Notes: a model not told the origin generated them from the letters alone. A stretch of 29,063 bases of DNA from Patescibacteria group bacterium (GCA_030837425.1 JAUPLJ010000001.1:1-29063); one strand, 5' to 3'. Shown: positions 16,813-26,869, numbered from the stretch's first letter. Numbers and translations: made by a program.

Positions 16813-17451
16813 ATGAACCACGATATTATTTCAAAGCAAATATCAAAAAAATTAAATAATATCTCTGATAATATATTAAAACCTTCTCTTAATTTTGGTG
16901 AATATAATAAAAATGAGGATCTTAAAAATTCTGTTGCGGCTTTAATTTTAAAAAAGATAAATTCTCTAATAATATCTATAAATAATTCACTTCAATTAAA
17001 AGATCATTTTTTAAGTACTTATTTGTATAGATATATTTATGAATTGCATTTAAAAATAGCTTTTATTTATATTGATAAAAAGAAAATAAATAACAGATTA
17101 AACCTATTTCTTTATAAAGATAGATTATCAATAAGAAATTGTTATGATCAGCTAAGATACAATTATAAATATAATTTTCTTATTTTAGATCATAATGCCC
17201 ATTATGAAAAGTTAAGTCACATGATTCATCCTAATATAGAAAGTATAAATATGCATAGATGGACCGAAGAAGAAGGGTTTGAATTTATTTTTACAAATAC
17301 ATTATTATCTATTATACTTATCAGACAATTATTATTTATTTTACACAATAATGATCTTTGGAAATTAAAAGAAAATTTAAATTTTAAGGAATTAGATTTA
17401 ATAATTAATCAAATTAATGTTTTATCTCAAAATATAGAAATAAAAAACTAA
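16813..17451 (+). CDS. Hypothetical protein, possibly DUF5677/HEPN-like
   Basis: Starts 3 nt after the RM stop; extremely AT-rich; LYRYIYE..F and YEKLSHMIHPN patterns resemble DUF5677-type proteins. Confidence 0.55.
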   Translation: MNHDIISKQISKKLNNISDNILKPSLNFGEYNKNEDLKNSVAALILKKINSLIISINNSLQLKDHFLSTYLYRYIYELHLKIAFIYIDKKKINNRLNLFLYKDRLSIRNCYDQLRYNYKYNFLILDHNAHYEKLSHMIHPNIESINMHRWTEEEGFEFIFTNTLLSIILIRQLLFILHNNDLWKLKENLNFKELDLIINQINVLSQNIEIKN

Positions 17452-17488
17452 CTTCTATATATTATGTAGAAGTTAGTAAAAAATAATT

Positions 17489-17581
17489 TTATTTTTTAGT
17501 TTTTATTGTGGTATTTGGGTGCTTTTTAGCATAAGATTCTGTTGTATATGTTCCGTCATCAGCCCTTCTGTATTTTGCCAT
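17489..17581 (-). CDS. 30-aa microprotein MAKYRRADDGTYTTESYAKKHPNTTIKTKK (not in the ORF track)
   Basis: ATG 17581 to TAA 17489; a GC-richer island in AT-rich DNA; matches a pattern I recall (R.A..G.Y.T..YA..HP.TT) from a small-protein family. Confidence 0.75.
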   Translation of the reverse strand: MAKYRRADDGTYTTESYAKKHPNTTIKTKK

Positions 17582-17747
17582 AATAAATTTAATTATTTTA
17601 TCTTTATTAAAACGACAAGATAATGAATTCGTCTAATATTTTGTATTAGATATAATAATTTTATCAAAGTTTTTATTAATTGTCATACTATAAATAGTAT
17701 TGTATTATAGATAGAAAAAGTGGATAACTTAATGCTATAATTCATCC

Positions 17748-20700
17748 ATGACCAAAGAACTTTTGGAGCAAAATCAAATTTTTGAAGAGAGATTGAATAA
17801 GCTAAATAAAGCCCAAAGAGAAGCTGTGGATGCTCTGGATGGGCCTGTGATAGTTGTCGCGGGGCCAGGAAGCGGAAAAACAGAATTATTAGCACTCCGC
17901 ATCGCAAACATAATCTACAAAGGCCTCGCAAAGCCAGATGAGATATTATGCCTGACATTCACCGAGAGCGCGACTAAAAACATGCTGGAGAGGCTCACAA
18001 AGATCATAGGCTCGACAGCTTATAAAGTACCCATTTTTACCTTTCATGCATTTTGTACAGAGATCATTTCAAAATATCCTGAGCACTTTTTTGATGCGCA
18101 TAGATTTGAGCCAATTGCAGAATTAAAGCAAAATGAAATACTCGAATCTATTTTTAAAAATTTGAGATATGGAAATCCTCTATATGGACATCATGAAGAG
18201 AGAGGCTATGCGTATTTTAATGATGTGAAGACGAGAATTCAAAATTTTAAAGAAGCAGGCCTATCACCTAGGGAAGTAAAAGAAAAATTAGAAAAGAATA
18301 GGCGTGAACTCACAATATTAAAGCCAATATTAGAAAAAGTCCCAGAAAATCTTCGCGCAAAAGGAGCAAAAGAAGAATTTCTGGCTTTACAAGATGATTT
18401 TGCAAAAAGTGGCACAGAAGTTGGTAAAGCCTATGCAATATATCTCTCCAAGGAAATCGAAGATGAAAATTTAAGCAAAGCAAAGCTAAAACTTTTTGAG
18501 AAAGATGAAGACGATAAATTTATCTTTAAAGAAGAAAAATATCTCGATAAACTTTTTGCCACTTGTGACATTTATGAAGAATATCAAGCATGTCTGCAGA
18601 GATTAGGATTTTTTGATTTTAATGACATGATCATCTATGTGAGAGATAGATTAATAAACAATCACACATTGCGTGCAGAGATTGAGGAGACATATCAATA
18701 TATTTTGATTGATGAATTTCAAGATACAAATTTGGCACAGATAAAATTAGTAGAGTCTATTACAAATAACCCTGTACTTGAGGGACGCGCAAATGTCTTT
18801 GCTGTGGGTGATGATGATCAATCTATTTTTAAATTTCAAGGGGCAGAATTAAATAACATTTTTAATTTTCAAAATATGTATCGCGAGGTGAAGTTTATCG
18901 TGCTCACTGAGAATTATAGATCTACTCAAAAGGTCCTCGATTTTGCAAAATCACTGATCGAAAAAGCAGATGAAAGATTGGTAAATAAAAATAAAAATCT
19001 ATTAAAAGAATTAGTCGCAAGGAATAGTGATATAAAAGATGGAGAAATATTTATAAATTCATTTGATGCACGCGAGAAAGAATATTTATTTGTAGCAAAA
19101 GAAATTAAAAATCTACTTGATAAAAATGTCGATCCAAAAGAGATAGCAATAATTTCTAGAAAGCATGCAAACTTGCAAGAGATTCTTCCTTATCTTGATA
19201 ATGAAAATATCCCTTACAATTATGAAAGAAAAGAGTCTGTCTTTGAGCAGAGGCATATCGAGCCACTTATAAAGATCTGTAAATTTTTAGAAACTGTCGC
19301 AGATCAAAAGGGTGAAGAGGGAGACGAGCTTCTTCCAGAGATTTTGTCTTATGAATTTTTTGATATTGATAGATTTTCTATATGGGAAATCTCTCGTGAT
19401 GCATATGAAGAAAAGAAGACTTGGCTCTCTGTGATGAAAGATTCCAAAAATGAGCGTGTAGCTGAGCTTGCGAAGTTTTTCATAGAGCTTGGAATTCTTT
19501 CAAAGACTATCTCACTTGAGATTATTTTAGATATATTAATCGGAAGTAAAGATTTAGAATTATCAACTGATGAAAATGAAGACGAATATTTTAATAATTC
19601 TATACCAAAATTAAAAAGTAAATTTGTCTCAAATTATAAAAACTTTTATTTTGGAGAAAGTGCAATAAGGGGAGACCTCGCATCATATATCCATTTCCTT
19701 TCAAGTCTGCGTGTGTTTATTTATTCATTGCGTGAGTTTAAAAAAGGTGAAAAGCTACTAGTCGGAGATCTTTCAACATTCATTGAGCTTCATAAAAATT
19801 ATAATGTAGCATTACTAAACAAGACAAGCTTCGTGGGTGATAGAGCCGCAATAAATCTGATGACTAGCCACAAAGCAAAAGGTTTAGAATTTGAATATGT
19901 ATTTTTAATTTCTGCTGATGAAAGCATTTGGAAGAGCAAAGGTTTTGCAAACAAAGTGCCGCTTCCGATGAATATGCCTTATTCGAGGATGTCTGACAAT
20001 GAGGATGATTTTCTCCGACTATTTTTCGTAGGAGCCACTCGCGCAAAGCACACTATTTATATTACAAATAGCGACGAGATACTTTCTTTCTTAGCAGACT
20101 TTAAAGAAATAAATTCTAAAAATGTAGAGATAGAAAATCTGGATCTTAAAAATGGATTAAAGATTTACAATATTCCACCATTTGCAAAAAGTGAAAAAGC
20201 TTTGCTCGAGAAAATTTTAGAAGATTATAAACTCTCTCCAACTCATTTAAATAATTTTTTGGATATCACAAAAGGTGGACCAAAATTATTTTTAGAGCAA
20301 AATCTTCTCCTGTTTCCCCAAGCAAAATCACCAAGCGCTGTATATGGATCAGCACTTCACAAATCTATTGAAGAAATGTATGTACTTTCAAAAAGAGATG
20401 GTAAAGCACCAAATGTAAAAACAATAAAAGATATTTTTAAGCGTGAAATCGAAAAAGCTAGACTCTTAAAAGAAGATGAGACGGATCTAGTATCAAAAGG
20501 CGAAGAGCATCTTGAAAATTTTTATAAATTAAAGCAGAGTGAAGTACTCAAAGAAGCGAAAAATTCTAAAACAGAAGTTGATTTTAAAAATGAAGGAATT
20601 ATTTTAGATGGCGCAGAATTTAAAGGAAAGATAGACAGAGTTTTGTTGAATGGGGAGGAAATAAAAGTGATTGATCTTAAATCTGGAAAAGCTTTTAAAG

Positions 20701-21077
20701 ATTTTGAAATAAAGAAAGCAAAAAAAGAAGATGCCAAAAATGGTGACTGGGAAAATATCAAAAAACATAATTATCGCCATCAATTAATGTTTTATAAAAT
20801 CCTTCTTGAAAACAGTAGAAGTTTCAAAAATAAAAAAGTGAATATTGGTAAACTATGCTTTATCGATGATGAGAATATTTTAGAATTAAATTTAAATTTT
20901 GAGAGCGATATTACAAAAGAGGAGTGGATGGATTTTGAAAAACTAATAATAAGAGTCTATAAAATAATTAAAAATATCGACGAGCTTCAAAAAATAGATA
21001 TTTCAAAATATGAAAAAAATATAAATGGAATATTAGAATTTGAAAGAGACTTGATAGATGGTAAAATATATGAGTAA
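17748..21077 (+). CDS. UvrD/PcrA-family SF1A helicase fused to a C-terminal RecB-type PD-(D/E)xK nuclease (AddA/AdnB-like)
   Basis: AGPGSGKT, IDEFQD, VGDDDQSIFKFQGA, NYRS, HKAKGLEF, VGATRAK; nuclease GKIDRV..IDLKSG..QLMFY. Confidence 0.92.
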   Translation: MTKELLEQNQIFEERLNKLNKAQREAVDALDGPVIVVAGPGSGKTELLALRIANIIYKGLAKPDEILCLTFTESATKNMLERLTKIIGSTAYKVPIFTFHAFCTEIISKYPEHFFDAHRFEPIAELKQNEILESIFKNLRYGNPLYGHHEERGYAYFNDVKTRIQNFKEAGLSPREVKEKLEKNRRELTILKPILEKVPENLRAKGAKEEFLALQDDFAKSGTEVGKAYAIYLSKEIEDENLSKAKLKLFEKDEDDKFIFKEEKYLDKLFATCDIYEEYQACLQRLGFFDFNDMIIYVRDRLINNHTLRAEIEETYQYILIDEFQDTNLAQIKLVESITNNPVLEGRANVFAVGDDDQSIFKFQGAELNNIFNFQNMYREVKFIVLTENYRSTQKVLDFAKSLIEKADERLVNKNKNLLKELVARNSDIKDGEIFINSFDAREKEYLFVAKEIKNLLDKNVDPKEIAIISRKHANLQEILPYLDNENIPYNYERKESVFEQRHIEPLIKICKFLETVADQKGEEGDELLPEILSYEFFDIDRFSIWEISRDAYEEKKTWLSVMKDSKNERVAELAKFFIELGILSKTISLEIILDILIGSKDLELSTDENEDEYFNNSIPKLKSKFVSNYKNFYFGESAIRGDLASYIHFLSSLRVFIYSLREFKKGEKLLVGDLSTFIELHKNYNVALLNKTSFVGDRAAINLMTSHKAKGLEFEYVFLISADESIWKSKGFANKVPLPMNMPYSRMSDNEDDFLRLFFVGATRAKHTIYITNSDEILSFLADFKEINSKNVEIENLDLKNGLKIYNIPPFAKSEKALLEKILEDYKLSPTHLNNFLDITKGGPKLFLEQNLLLFPQAKSPSAVYGSALHKSIEEMYVLSKRDGKAPNVKTIKDIFKREIEKARLLKEDETDLVSKGEEHLENFYKLKQSEVLKEAKNSKTEVDFKNEGIILDGAEFKGKIDRVLLNGEEIKVIDLKSGKAFKDFEIKKAKKEDAKNGDWENIKKHNYRHQLMFYKILLENSRSFKNKKVNIGKLCFIDDENILELNLNFESDITKEEWMDFEKLIIRVYKIIKNIDELQKIDISKYEKNINGILEFERDLIDGKIYE

Positions 21078-21176
21078 TAATAAAAATAAAAAATATTTTC
21101 TTTCGCAAACCCCGCAAGCGAAAGTTCAAGAAAATACATTTTATTTTTAAACAATTAAATCATTAAACGCAAAATT

Positions 21177-22166
21177 ATGCCAGATAAATACAAATCAGTT
21201 TGGATATCACATTCTTCTATTCGAGATTTTTTGTCATGCGGTAGGCTTTATTATTTGAAGAATATGTTTAAGGATCCCATTTCAAAAAGAAAAATAAATA
21301 TCGCTTCGCCACATCTAACACTTGGCATCGCAATACACAAAGTGATTGAAGATTTAAAGAAAATAAAGAGCGATGAAAGAGAAAAAGATATCAAAGAAAA
21401 TCTTTTAAACAATTTTGAAAAAGAATGGAGTAAATATAATGGGAAAAAAGGTGGATTTGAAACTGAAGAAGAAGAAAAAAGTTTTTATCTGCGTGGTGAA
21501 GAAATGCTTCAGAAGATAATAGACAATCCTAAGATTTTATTAAATAAAATTATCCCACAAGATTATTTTTATAAAGGAGATATGGTGCCAAATTATTATT
21601 TATCAGAAGATGAAAATATAGTCCTTTGTGGAAGTGTAGATTGGATAGAATATTTAGAAAATGGCTCAATAAGAATTGTTGATTTTAAGACTGGGAGAAA
21701 TGATGAAGATGATGATTCATTTCAGCTTCCTATTTATTATTTACTCATTTCAAATCTAATGAAGCAAAATAGTAAGAAGATTTATGAGATATCGGAAGCG
21801 GCTTATTGGTATTTGGATCAGGATAACAAAAAAGAGAATAGTGAGCATGAAGAATTTCATCTCATTCAAATAGATCAAAAGAAATTGGAAAATATACATG
21901 AGACTGAAAAGAAAATCTTAGAGCTTGGTGTACAAATTAAAAATTTTCGTGAGAAGGGAGATTATGTTTGCAAAAATGAGGGTGGGGCAGGTGAAGGATG
22001 TAGAAGCTGTAAAGATTTTGAAAGAGTCTTTAAATTTATTCAAAATAGAAAAAATAATTTTGGAGAAACAAAAGTGATAGATCTCGATCTAGAAGGGGAT
22101 GATTTAGGAAATATAGAATATCTTGGTGTCTCAGATTATAATCATGACATGTATTTTGTAAAATAA
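21177..22166 (+). CDS. Stand-alone RecB-family PD-(D/E)xK nuclease with a 1+3 Cys putative 4Fe-4S motif
   Basis: SHSSIRDFLSC, GSVDWI..IVDFKTG..QLPIY, C-terminal CKNEGGAGEGCRSC. Confidence 0.88.
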   Translation: MPDKYKSVWISHSSIRDFLSCGRLYYLKNMFKDPISKRKINIASPHLTLGIAIHKVIEDLKKIKSDEREKDIKENLLNNFEKEWSKYNGKKGGFETEEEEKSFYLRGEEMLQKIIDNPKILLNKIIPQDYFYKGDMVPNYYLSEDENIVLCGSVDWIEYLENGSIRIVDFKTGRNDEDDDSFQLPIYYLLISNLMKQNSKKIYEISEAAYWYLDQDNKKENSEHEEFHLIQIDQKKLENIHETEKKILELGVQIKNFREKGDYVCKNEGGAGEGCRSCKDFERVFKFIQNRKNNFGETKVIDLDLEGDDLGNIEYLGVSDYNHDMYFVK

Positions 22167-22215
22167 AAAGCTTAATATTTTCATACTAAGCTTTAAAGTT
22201 TTTCAAATTTTGGAT

Positions 22216-22488
22216 TTATTTTTTGTCTAATTTTTTGAATTGAGCTAATATTCGAGCGTACAAGATTATAGATAGAATAAGAGTTAAAAATATTATTATA
22301 ACTGTAAGTATTCTGAATGATGGATTTGAAAAGTTTAAATAATATATTCTTTGTTTATTTTTACTTTCAATTACAGCTATAATAAAAAACATGATTATTG
22401 CCATGAAGAATATACTTCCAAATAAACAAAATATGTATATTTTAACTAGATTTAAAAAACTAAAAAATTTTCCAATTATTTTTTTCAT
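22216..22488 (-). CDS. Small membrane protein, 2 predicted TM helices
   Basis: Two long hydrophobic stretches; minus-strand TTGACA (22561-22556), 16 nt, TACTAT promoter upstream. Confidence 0.65.
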   Translation of the reverse strand: MKKIIGKFFSFLNLVKIYIFCLFGSIFFMAIIMFFIIAVIESKNKQRIYYLNFSNPSFRILTVIIIFLTLILSIILYARILAQFKKLDKK

Positions 22489-22564
22489 ATTAAAGAGCTT
22501 TTAATTTGATTAGATAATTTTGATACTAGATACATAGTAGCAAAAGGATATATTTTGTCAAATC

Positions 22565-24304
22565 TTAAATTTTTAAACGTAGCAATTTTAAAGTACTAAA
22601 ATCAATTTCAATTTTGTGTTTTTTATTTAATTCATCATGTTTTGCTTTTAGCCCTCTGTCACTCATTAAAATCTTTTTAATAATTTTCATATCACCGCCA
22701 GAATAATGCTTTTCTATGTCTTTAAAAATATATTCTATATCAGACTCTTTTATTTCTCTTGCTTCAAACAATTCTTCAATATGTCCAACAATCGTGCCAA
22801 GTGTGAGATTTCTTTTTTCAGCAATATATTTTGGAAGTATTTCTTGTTTTACTAATTCTAAAGTGACTAGTGTTGTCTTTATTTTTGGTTTTGCTTCTTC
22901 AAAAAAGTTTTCTTCTTGGATTTCTACTTCAGCTAAGCTTCCACCACAATAGGTGATAAAATCTTCTTGTTTCTTTTTGAGTTTCGCTTTCATTTCTCTA
23001 TCATCAAAATATTTTTTAATGGCCAGGCTCGCTCTTTCTGATTTTTCTTGAAAAATTTTATCTTGTTTTAATACTCCACTATTTATTCGAAGTGCGTGCT
23101 TTCCAATTGAAACAAGATTTATATTTTTAAACTCTTTTACACGAGATAGTGCCACATACCCCATTCCTGATCCAAAAGCTCTCCCAAGGTCTATTTCTGC
23201 AGCGTCGAGAGTCATTCCTTGAGACTTATGTATTGTGATTGCCCAGGCATAGCGAAGGGGGATTTGAGAAATTTCCCCAAGGACTTTGCCATCATCATTT
23301 GTCTGTTGCCAAGATTCTTCTTTTACTAAGATTTTCTTTTTATCAAAAGTCTCGACTATTGGCATATCATTATTAGCAAAATCAATCACTTCTCCCAGGG
23401 TCCCATTTTGATAAGCTTTATTTTGATCATTTTTAACAAAGATTACTTTTGTACCAATTTTTAAATTAATTATATCTCCCGCAAGGCAATTGTTTTTCAA
23501 ATTTTCGACAATATGCTTTTTACCACTGGACGTCATCTCATATGTATATTCTTTGACCTCTCCCAACTCTTTATATTGATCTTCATTTATCGCATCAACA
23601 TCTATGTTGTGAGTATAAAGCTTTAAAATATCTTTTTCTTGTTTGTAGCTTTTTGTTTTCACTTCTAATTCTTTTAATATTTCTGACTCATTTCTTTCAA
23701 ATCTTATGTCTCCTAATATTTTCAAAAGTTTTTCATCTTCTTGTCTATAATTTCTTGAGAGATAGCAGATGACTGGATTTAATTCTTTCCACGCATTTGA
23801 ATTGTAAGCAAATTCTTTATCACTATCATTTTCTATATTTTCTGTGTTTTTATTTGAATAATTTTTCACTACTGGCGGAAGCTGGAAAAAATCTCCACAG
23901 AAAATTATTTGAATCCCCGCAAATGGTTTATCACTTTTTTTAAACTTTTTGAATAATGTATTGATCATATCAAGCCTTGATGCATGAAGCATTGATATTT
24001 CATCTATGATTAAGACTTTTACATTCTCATATTTTTTATAAAGCTTTTCATTTTGCTCTAATTTGTCGAGTGTGTATTTATCCAATTTTTCTAAAATTCC
24101 AATCCCACTCCAAGAGTGGATAGTTTGCCCTCCGATATGTGTAGAGGCGATACCAGTCGAGGCTGTGATGATAGGTGATATGGAATGAGTCTTTAAATAT
24201 TGAATATATTTATTTAAGACGAAAGTCTTACCAGTGCCGGCAGCACCAGTCAAAAATACAGAGTGACCCATTTTAAGAATATCAAGAGCTTCTTCTTGTG
24301 ACAT
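22565..24304 (-). CDS. PIF1/RecD-like SF1B helicase with a C-terminal helix-turn-helix domain
   Basis: TGAAGTGKT, TIHSW, IIDEISM, GDFFQLPPV, PLRYAWAITIHKSQGMTLD, YVALSRV; C-terminal IAEKRNLTLGTIVGHIE. Confidence 0.9.
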   Translation of the reverse strand: MSQEEALDILKMGHSVFLTGAAGTGKTFVLNKYIQYLKTHSISPIITASTGIASTHIGGQTIHSWSGIGILEKLDKYTLDKLEQNEKLYKKYENVKVLIIDEISMLHASRLDMINTLFKKFKKSDKPFAGIQIIFCGDFFQLPPVVKNYSNKNTENIENDSDKEFAYNSNAWKELNPVICYLSRNYRQEDEKLLKILGDIRFERNESEILKELEVKTKSYKQEKDILKLYTHNIDVDAINEDQYKELGEVKEYTYEMTSSGKKHIVENLKNNCLAGDIINLKIGTKVIFVKNDQNKAYQNGTLGEVIDFANNDMPIVETFDKKKILVKEESWQQTNDDGKVLGEISQIPLRYAWAITIHKSQGMTLDAAEIDLGRAFGSGMGYVALSRVKEFKNINLVSIGKHALRINSGVLKQDKIFQEKSERASLAIKKYFDDREMKAKLKKKQEDFITYCGGSLAEVEIQEENFFEEAKPKIKTTLVTLELVKQEILPKYIAEKRNLTLGTIVGHIEELFEAREIKESDIEYIFKDIEKHYSGGDMKIIKKILMSDRGLKAKHDELNKKHKIEIDFSTLKLLRLKI

Positions 24305-24368
24305 AATCTAATTGTAATATAAAAAGAAAGCATTTCAAAATTTATGATATTATTTATATATAAATAAT

Positions 24369-25496
24369 ATGAAAATAGTTTTTACAGGTGCTGGAGGAGG
24401 GCATTTTTATCCTCTGATCGCAGTCGCAGAAAAAATAAAAGAAGAGGTTCAGATTCAACAAATTTTTGAAGCAGAGATGTTTTTCTTTTCTGATAAACCA
24501 TACAATCAACCACTTCTTGATAAATACAATATAAAATTTGAAAAGATTCCAGCTGGGAAATTAAGATTATATTTTTCAATAGAAAACTTTTTTGATCCAC
24601 TAAAAGCTGTGGTTGGATTTTTTGTTGCTTTATATAAATTGTTTTCTATTTATCCAGATGTTATTTTTACAAAAGGGGGATATGCGAGCTTGCCTGTGGT
24701 CTTTGCAGCAAAAATATTGTTCATACCTATATTTTTACACGAAAGCGATTCAGCCCCAGGAAGGACAAATCTAATCTCTGCAAAATCCGCAAAGAGAATA
24801 GCAATAAGTTATCCTTCAGTTGCAAAATATTTTGATCAAAAAAAGACAGCCTACACAGGCCAGCCCATTTTGGAAGAATATCTACCAACAAGAGAAATCG
24901 TAGAAAAGAAGTATATTAATTTTATAAATGATAAAGCCAGAAAAGAAAAGCCCATATTGCTTGTGCTTGGAGGATCTCAAGGAAGTGAAAATATTAATAA
25001 TATGATTTTAGAATCTTTAAAAGATCTTTTGGTAAAATACAAAGTCGTGCATCAAGTCGGAGAAAATAATTTTGAAAAAATAAAAATCGCTAGTGAAATA
25101 ATTTTAAAAGATGATCCAAACAAAGAAAGCTATATTTATTTTGGATCTAGTGATTTGAGAAGGTATTTTGAAGAATCTGACATATGTATCACAAGAGCAG
25201 GGTCAACTCTTTTTGAAATTTCAAGCTGGGGAATCCCTTCAATAATTATCCCTATCGCAATTAGTAATAATGATCATCAACGTTTAAATGCATATACATT
25301 TGAAAAAGCTGGATGTGGAGTAGTTTTGGAAGAAATAAATTTGAAAAAAAACATATTAATCAATATGGTTGATTCTATTTTGACTGATAAAGATAGATAT
25401 CAATCTATGCGGACAAATAATCTAAACTCTTTCAAATCTGGCGCAGCTGAAATTATTGCAAAAGAAATAGTGAAAATAGGTTTGTCACATAACTAA
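24369..25496 (+). CDS. murG: Undecaprenyl-PP-MurNAc-pentapeptide GlcNAc transferase
   Basis: TGAGGGHFYP, KGGYASLP, HESD..PGRTN, LGGSQGS, RAG, HQRLNA. Confidence 0.95.
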   Translation: MKIVFTGAGGGHFYPLIAVAEKIKEEVQIQQIFEAEMFFFSDKPYNQPLLDKYNIKFEKIPAGKLRLYFSIENFFDPLKAVVGFFVALYKLFSIYPDVIFTKGGYASLPVVFAAKILFIPIFLHESDSAPGRTNLISAKSAKRIAISYPSVAKYFDQKKTAYTGQPILEEYLPTREIVEKKYINFINDKARKEKPILLVLGGSQGSENINNMILESLKDLLVKYKVVHQVGENNFEKIKIASEIILKDDPNKESYIYFGSSDLRRYFEESDICITRAGSTLFEISSWGIPSIIIPIAISNNDHQRLNAYTFEKAGCGVVLEEINLKKNILINMVDSILTDKDRYQSMRTNNLNSFKSGAAEIIAKEIVKIGLSHN

Positions 25497-25585
25497 TAAG
25501 GCTTTTTGTCAATTCTAAAAAACCTATATTTTGTGATATTATTTATAAATAAAAAGCTTATTTATTACTAATTTTATACAATTTT

Positions 25586-26869
25586 ATGTTAGATATTAAA
25601 TTTATTAGAGAAAATGGAGAATTAATCAAGATGGCTGCAGATAAGAAGCATATTTCTTTTAATGTGGATGAATTGATTGATACAGATAAAAAGAGAGTTG
25701 ATCTACTTCAGAAAATAGAAGACCTTCGCGCAAAACAAAATGCTGTGTCAGCAGAAATACCAACTGCGTCACCTGAGACAAAAGCTGCAAAGATCGAAGA
25801 AATGTCTATCGTAAAAGAAGAATTAAAAAAGTTTGAAACCGAAATGGAAACTATAATGGAAAATTGGAGAAACTTAATGCTCCGAGTTCCAAATATTCCT
25901 GATATGTCTGTGCCAGAAGGAAATACAGATGAAGATAATCAAGAAATAAAAAGATGGGGAGACAATAAGACGGAAAAAGAATTTGGATTTGCTCCAAAAG
26001 ATCATATAGAAATAATGGAAGCACAAGATTGGGTTGATTTTGAGAGAGGAATCAAGACTTCTGGATTCAGAGGATATTTTTTAAAAGGTGATGCAGCACT
26101 ACTCGACCTTGCTCTTTGGCAATATGGAATGCAAAGATGGGCAAATAAAGATTTTATACCAATGATAGTGCCTTCACTTGTAAAAAAAGAAACTCTTCTT
26201 GGATCTGGATATCTTCCACAAGGTCAAGACGATCTTTATAATGATATAGATGGAGATTATTTTGCAGGTACTGCTGAAGTCGCCACAATGTATTATTATT
26301 CTGGAGAAATTTTAGAAAAAAAAGATTTACCTAAAAAATTTATTTCTTTTTCACCATGTTTTCGTAAAGAAGCAGGAGCTCATGGAAAAGATACAAAAGG
26401 ATTGTATCGTGTACATGAATTTATGAAGCTAGAGCAAGTCATACTTTGTGAAGCAAATCATGAAGAATCAGTAAAATATCATGAGGATCTCACAAATTAT
26501 GCAGAAGAAGTCTTAGAAGAATTAAATGTTCCTTATCATAGAGTTGTAAATTGTGGTGGAGATCTCGGCTTGGGTCAGGTAAAAAAGTATGATCTTGAAG
26601 CTTGGATGCCAAGTAAAAATAAATATGGAGAGACTGGGTCATCATCATATTTTCATGACTTTCAAACAAGGAGATTAAATATCAGATATAGAGACGATGA
26701 CGGAAAATTAAAATTTGTCCACTCACTTAACAACACAGCTATCGCTACACCAAGGCTTTTACTTATGATTATTGAAAACTATCAAAATAGAGATGGCACA
26801 GTATCTGTGCCAGAAGCTCTTGTGCCATTTATGGGTGGAAGAAAAATTCTTGGTAAGCCAGTATTTTAA
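25586..26869 (+). CDS. serS: Serine--tRNA ligase
   Basis: MLDIKFIREN, coiled arm, GTAEV, CFRKEAG..RVHEFMKLEQ, KKYDLEAW, HSLNNTAIATPR. Confidence 0.98.
   Translation: MLDIKFIRENGELIKMAADKKHISFNVDELIDTDKKRVDLLQKIEDLRAKQNAVSAEIPTASPETKAAKIEEMSIVKEELKKFETEMETIMENWRNLMLRVPNIPDMSVPEGNTDEDNQEIKRWGDNKTEKEFGFAPKDHIEIMEAQDWVDFERGIKTSGFRGYFLKGDAALLDLALWQYGMQRWANKDFIPMIVPSLVKKETLLGSGYLPQGQDDLYNDIDGDYFAGTAEVATMYYYSGEILEKKDLPKKFISFSPCFRKEAGAHGKDTKGLYRVHEFMKLEQVILCEANHEESVKYHEDLTNYAEEVLEELNVPYHRVVNCGGDLGLGQVKKYDLEAWMPSKNKYGETGSSSYFHDFQTRRLNIRYRDDDGKLKFVHSLNNTAIATPRLLLMIIENYQNRDGTVSVPEALVPFMGGRKILGKPVF

Noticed and set aside
21177-22166. Calling the nuclease cas4
   Set aside because: No cas1/cas2 or array nearby; the 1+3 Cys RecB fold is shared with AddB-type and solo nucleases.
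25500-25512. GGCTTTT(T)GTCAA recurring at about 28567, read as an antisense TTGACA promoter or operator
   Set aside because: No -10 at 16-18 nt on the minus strand; too short to be significant in AT-rich DNA.
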